Shown piece by piece: positions 61,275-64,000 of a DNA stretch of 64,000 nt (position 1 is its first letter; each line of letters starts with the position of its first letter). The stretch lies in contig NC_068981.1 in assembly GCF_001194135.2 (NCBI RefSeq), positions 112,436,475 through 112,500,474 on the forward strand. The letters are read 5' to 3'. This DNA is from Octopus bimaculoides (lineage: Eukaryota). Under the pieces are notes generated by a model that saw only the letters and a list, made by a program, of their open reading frames with translations, did not search any database and was not told where the DNA came from. Both the position numbers and the translations under genes were made by a program.

Positions 61275-62760
61275 TAGCAGTTAAGCCCAGTTTCACCCGG
61301 CTGGTTTGGATGATGTGGCTGTAAAACCTGCTCTGTGTAAGCATTCAACTTGTTTGGGTACGCTTATGTTAAAAAAACAATTTTAGAATGATTTTTTTCT
61401 GTCAAAACACTAAAAATAACTGACCAACAAAAATTAAAAAAAAACAACCAAGATTCAACGAAATCAAAAAATAAACCCAAATACTAAGCGAACAAAGATA
61501 AACCATCCCACTTCCATTGCGCACACACATTAACATACCCCCCCCCCCTTTTACATACACACACATATATGCACACAGAGTTGAAACACTGTTTGATTTA
61601 TTTTTTCAGCATACACTACCAAGTATGACATCACCCCATCCTTCCTTATTCATCTATCAACCCTTCCTTTCTCATTCATAAACACAAGAGTATTATTATA
61701 GTAGATTATCTTGGTAAATATGGGAGCTATGGAAAAAATATGACATCATCCCTTCCTTCTTTATTCATCTATCACCCCCTCCTTTCTCATTCATAAACAC
61801 AAGAATATTATTATAGTAGATTATCTCGATAAGCATGGGAGCTATGAAAAAATACAAAGTCCAGCATCACCACCGGATCATTCTACACATCTGTGTAATT
61901 TTTCACGCAATTCCACCCAAGACAAGAAAGGATTGCCCATGTCAAATTTATATGTATACTAGCAGCTAAGCCCAGTTTTACCTGGTCTGTTTGGATGATG
62001 TGGCTGTGATCGTTTTCGGTTAGGCATAATCTATAACAGCATTTCTCAACCTTATCATTTTGGGTCCCCTGTTTCGATTGGAGCCTCCAGCTGTATGAAA
62101 ATTTCCTGACTCCCCTCTACTTGTCAGAAAACAGCTTCAGGAGTTGTGAAGAACAAATTTCTGAGAGCTATTCTATTGGACCTCTGTCTAATCATAAAAA
62201 CATTGATTTAATTATGAACATAGAAAGAAGTTATACATTAATCCCTGTTTTTGTAAGCAGCTGTATCCATAAAAATTTTATTTGCAGAGAACAAAAATTG
62301 AAAGAAGATATATGAAATGAACATGTGTGTGTGTGTGCATGTGTGCTTGCTCGTGTGTATGTGAGAGAGAAAGAGGTTGAGAAAGAGAGATAGAGTGAGT
62401 GAGTGAAGGTGTGTGTCGTGATGATTGACGTATTTGTATGTAGTCTGTTTCTGAGAGCTATTCTNNNNNNNNNNTGACGTATTTGTATGTAGTCTGTTTC
62501 TGAGAGCTATTCTATTGGACCTCTGTCTAATCATTAAAACATTGATTTAATTATGAACATATAAAGCAATTATACATTGATCCCTATTTTTGTAAGCAGT
62601 TTATCGGTAGCAAATTTTATTTGCAGAGAGCAGAAATTGAAAGAAGATATATGAAATGGACGTATGTGTGCGTGCGTGCTTGCACATGTATATGTGAGAG
62701 AAAGAGGGTGAGAAAGAGAAATAGAATGAGTGAGTGAAGGTGTATCGTGATGATTGACGT
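61274..62760 (-). mobile_element. Composite Helitron-like non-autonomous repeats
   Basis: Two near-identical A-CTAGCAG.TAAGCCCAGTTT.ACC.GG.. ends (61274, 61959) read on the minus strand as a GC-rich hairpin followed by CTAG and T. Internal direct duplications occur at 61620-61850 and 62130-62760. The 5' TC ends were not located. Confidence 0.5.
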
Positions 62761-63225
62761 CTTTTAAGGTACACACACATACATAGAAAATGTGATGTCA
62801 TCGTATAAAATTTTTACAATAGTTGATTTATGGAAAAGATTATGTTAAATTTTTGAAATGCAATTATGTGAATGAAAATTAGATTTAGACCTCTACAGGG
62901 TAGCTAAACCTGATAGAAATAGCAGCCAAATCTCCCTCAAAACACCCTACTGTCTTAATCTGACAATTCTGCCTATTATGTAGTTTGAATGAGAAACAGT
63001 AACTAAGGATTAAGATTATCAACCCCACAAAGAGGTGAAAGAACAGACAGCATAGCGAAAGTTTTGGCTGACTGTCATCCTGTACTCCCCTTGTTGCTAG
63101 CAAAATGGTATATGCCAACTGTGTGAGCAACTGGTTGTTTTAATGGTGGAACAAACAAGAATTTCATTAGAAAATGTTTTAATTGATTTTCTCGGTAAGT
63201 ATGGGGGCTAGGGAANNNNNNNNNN

Positions 63226-63305
<80 letters not shown>

Positions 63306-63968
63306 TATATATCAAATTAAATGTACAACCAAAAGAGCTACTAATAGTTTCATGCGATTATGATACAAGGACAGGCAATTTTATAAAATACACCATGTAT
63401 CTTAAAGCTATCTTTCAGGCTCTGTTTATGTGTTATATATAATGTTTTAAAAATCAAGGATGCTGGTCAGTAAGAAAATAAAAACAGGAAGAAGGTTCGT
63501 GCAAAAAAATGGAACAAGAATAGAGAAATGAAATCAAGAATTATGATCTTCCCCCTCTCTGATTACAGAAAGTACATTAAATACAAGACATAACTATTCA
63601 AATTTAGAGAGCCTTGATTGTTTGCCACTGTCACTAGATATGTTCACTAGTTAAGTATCCATCTTAATTTTCAGTGCAAAAAGATACACTCACACAATAT
63701 TGACACACAGACATAGTAGGGAAGGCTATTCATGTGATCATACTCTACCAAACTTGAGGGGTTAAATTCAGGTAGCCTTGATTGTTTGGGACTGTCGCTA
63801 GACACATTCAATCAACTGTGAAAGCATTAAAGAAGAATTTTTGAACTCTAATCACAAGCAAGACAGTTGCAACATTACTCCACATCTTTCTATCTCAACT
63901 TTTGAAAATCAAAGAAATCTTTAATACCACTTAAGTCTTTAGATAAATCTAAAATAATTATATACATA

Positions 63969-64000
<32 letters not shown>

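Overview
Repeat-dominated, AT-rich animal genomic DNA with several assembly gaps. The SINE and LINE families and the (TA)n/(ATT)n microsatellites look like octopus (cephalopod) sequence to me, but this is recognition from memory and was not verified. Most of the window is a stack of nested, mostly decayed transposons: about nine Dong/R4-type RLE LINE segments (all but one on the minus strand), RTE LINE 3' fragments, one near full-length L1/Tx1 LINE with a target-site duplication, two Ty3/Gypsy remnants, three mariners with TIRs and TA target sites, Helitron-type non-autonomous elements, two Penelope-like elements (PLEs), tRNA-derived SINEs and TIR/foldback MITEs. Three phase-compatible plus-strand exon candidates (26707-26871, 56144-56213, 59055-59342) suggest that much of the window is intron of an unidentified host gene. 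The most notable items are (i) an unusually intact, extremely AT-rich Naiad-type PLE RT + GIY-YIG reading frame with an Asn-rich insert, (ii) a foldback element carrying head-to-head TTAGGG/CCCTAA repeats, (iii) a PHD finger embedded inside an RTE reverse transcriptase, (iv) hammerhead-ribozyme relics downstream of both PLEs, and (v) chained insertion of LINEs and SINEs at ATT/AAT microsatellites. I did not find evidence for a clearly new multi-gene system. The findings are mostly unusual variants of known mobile-element biology.
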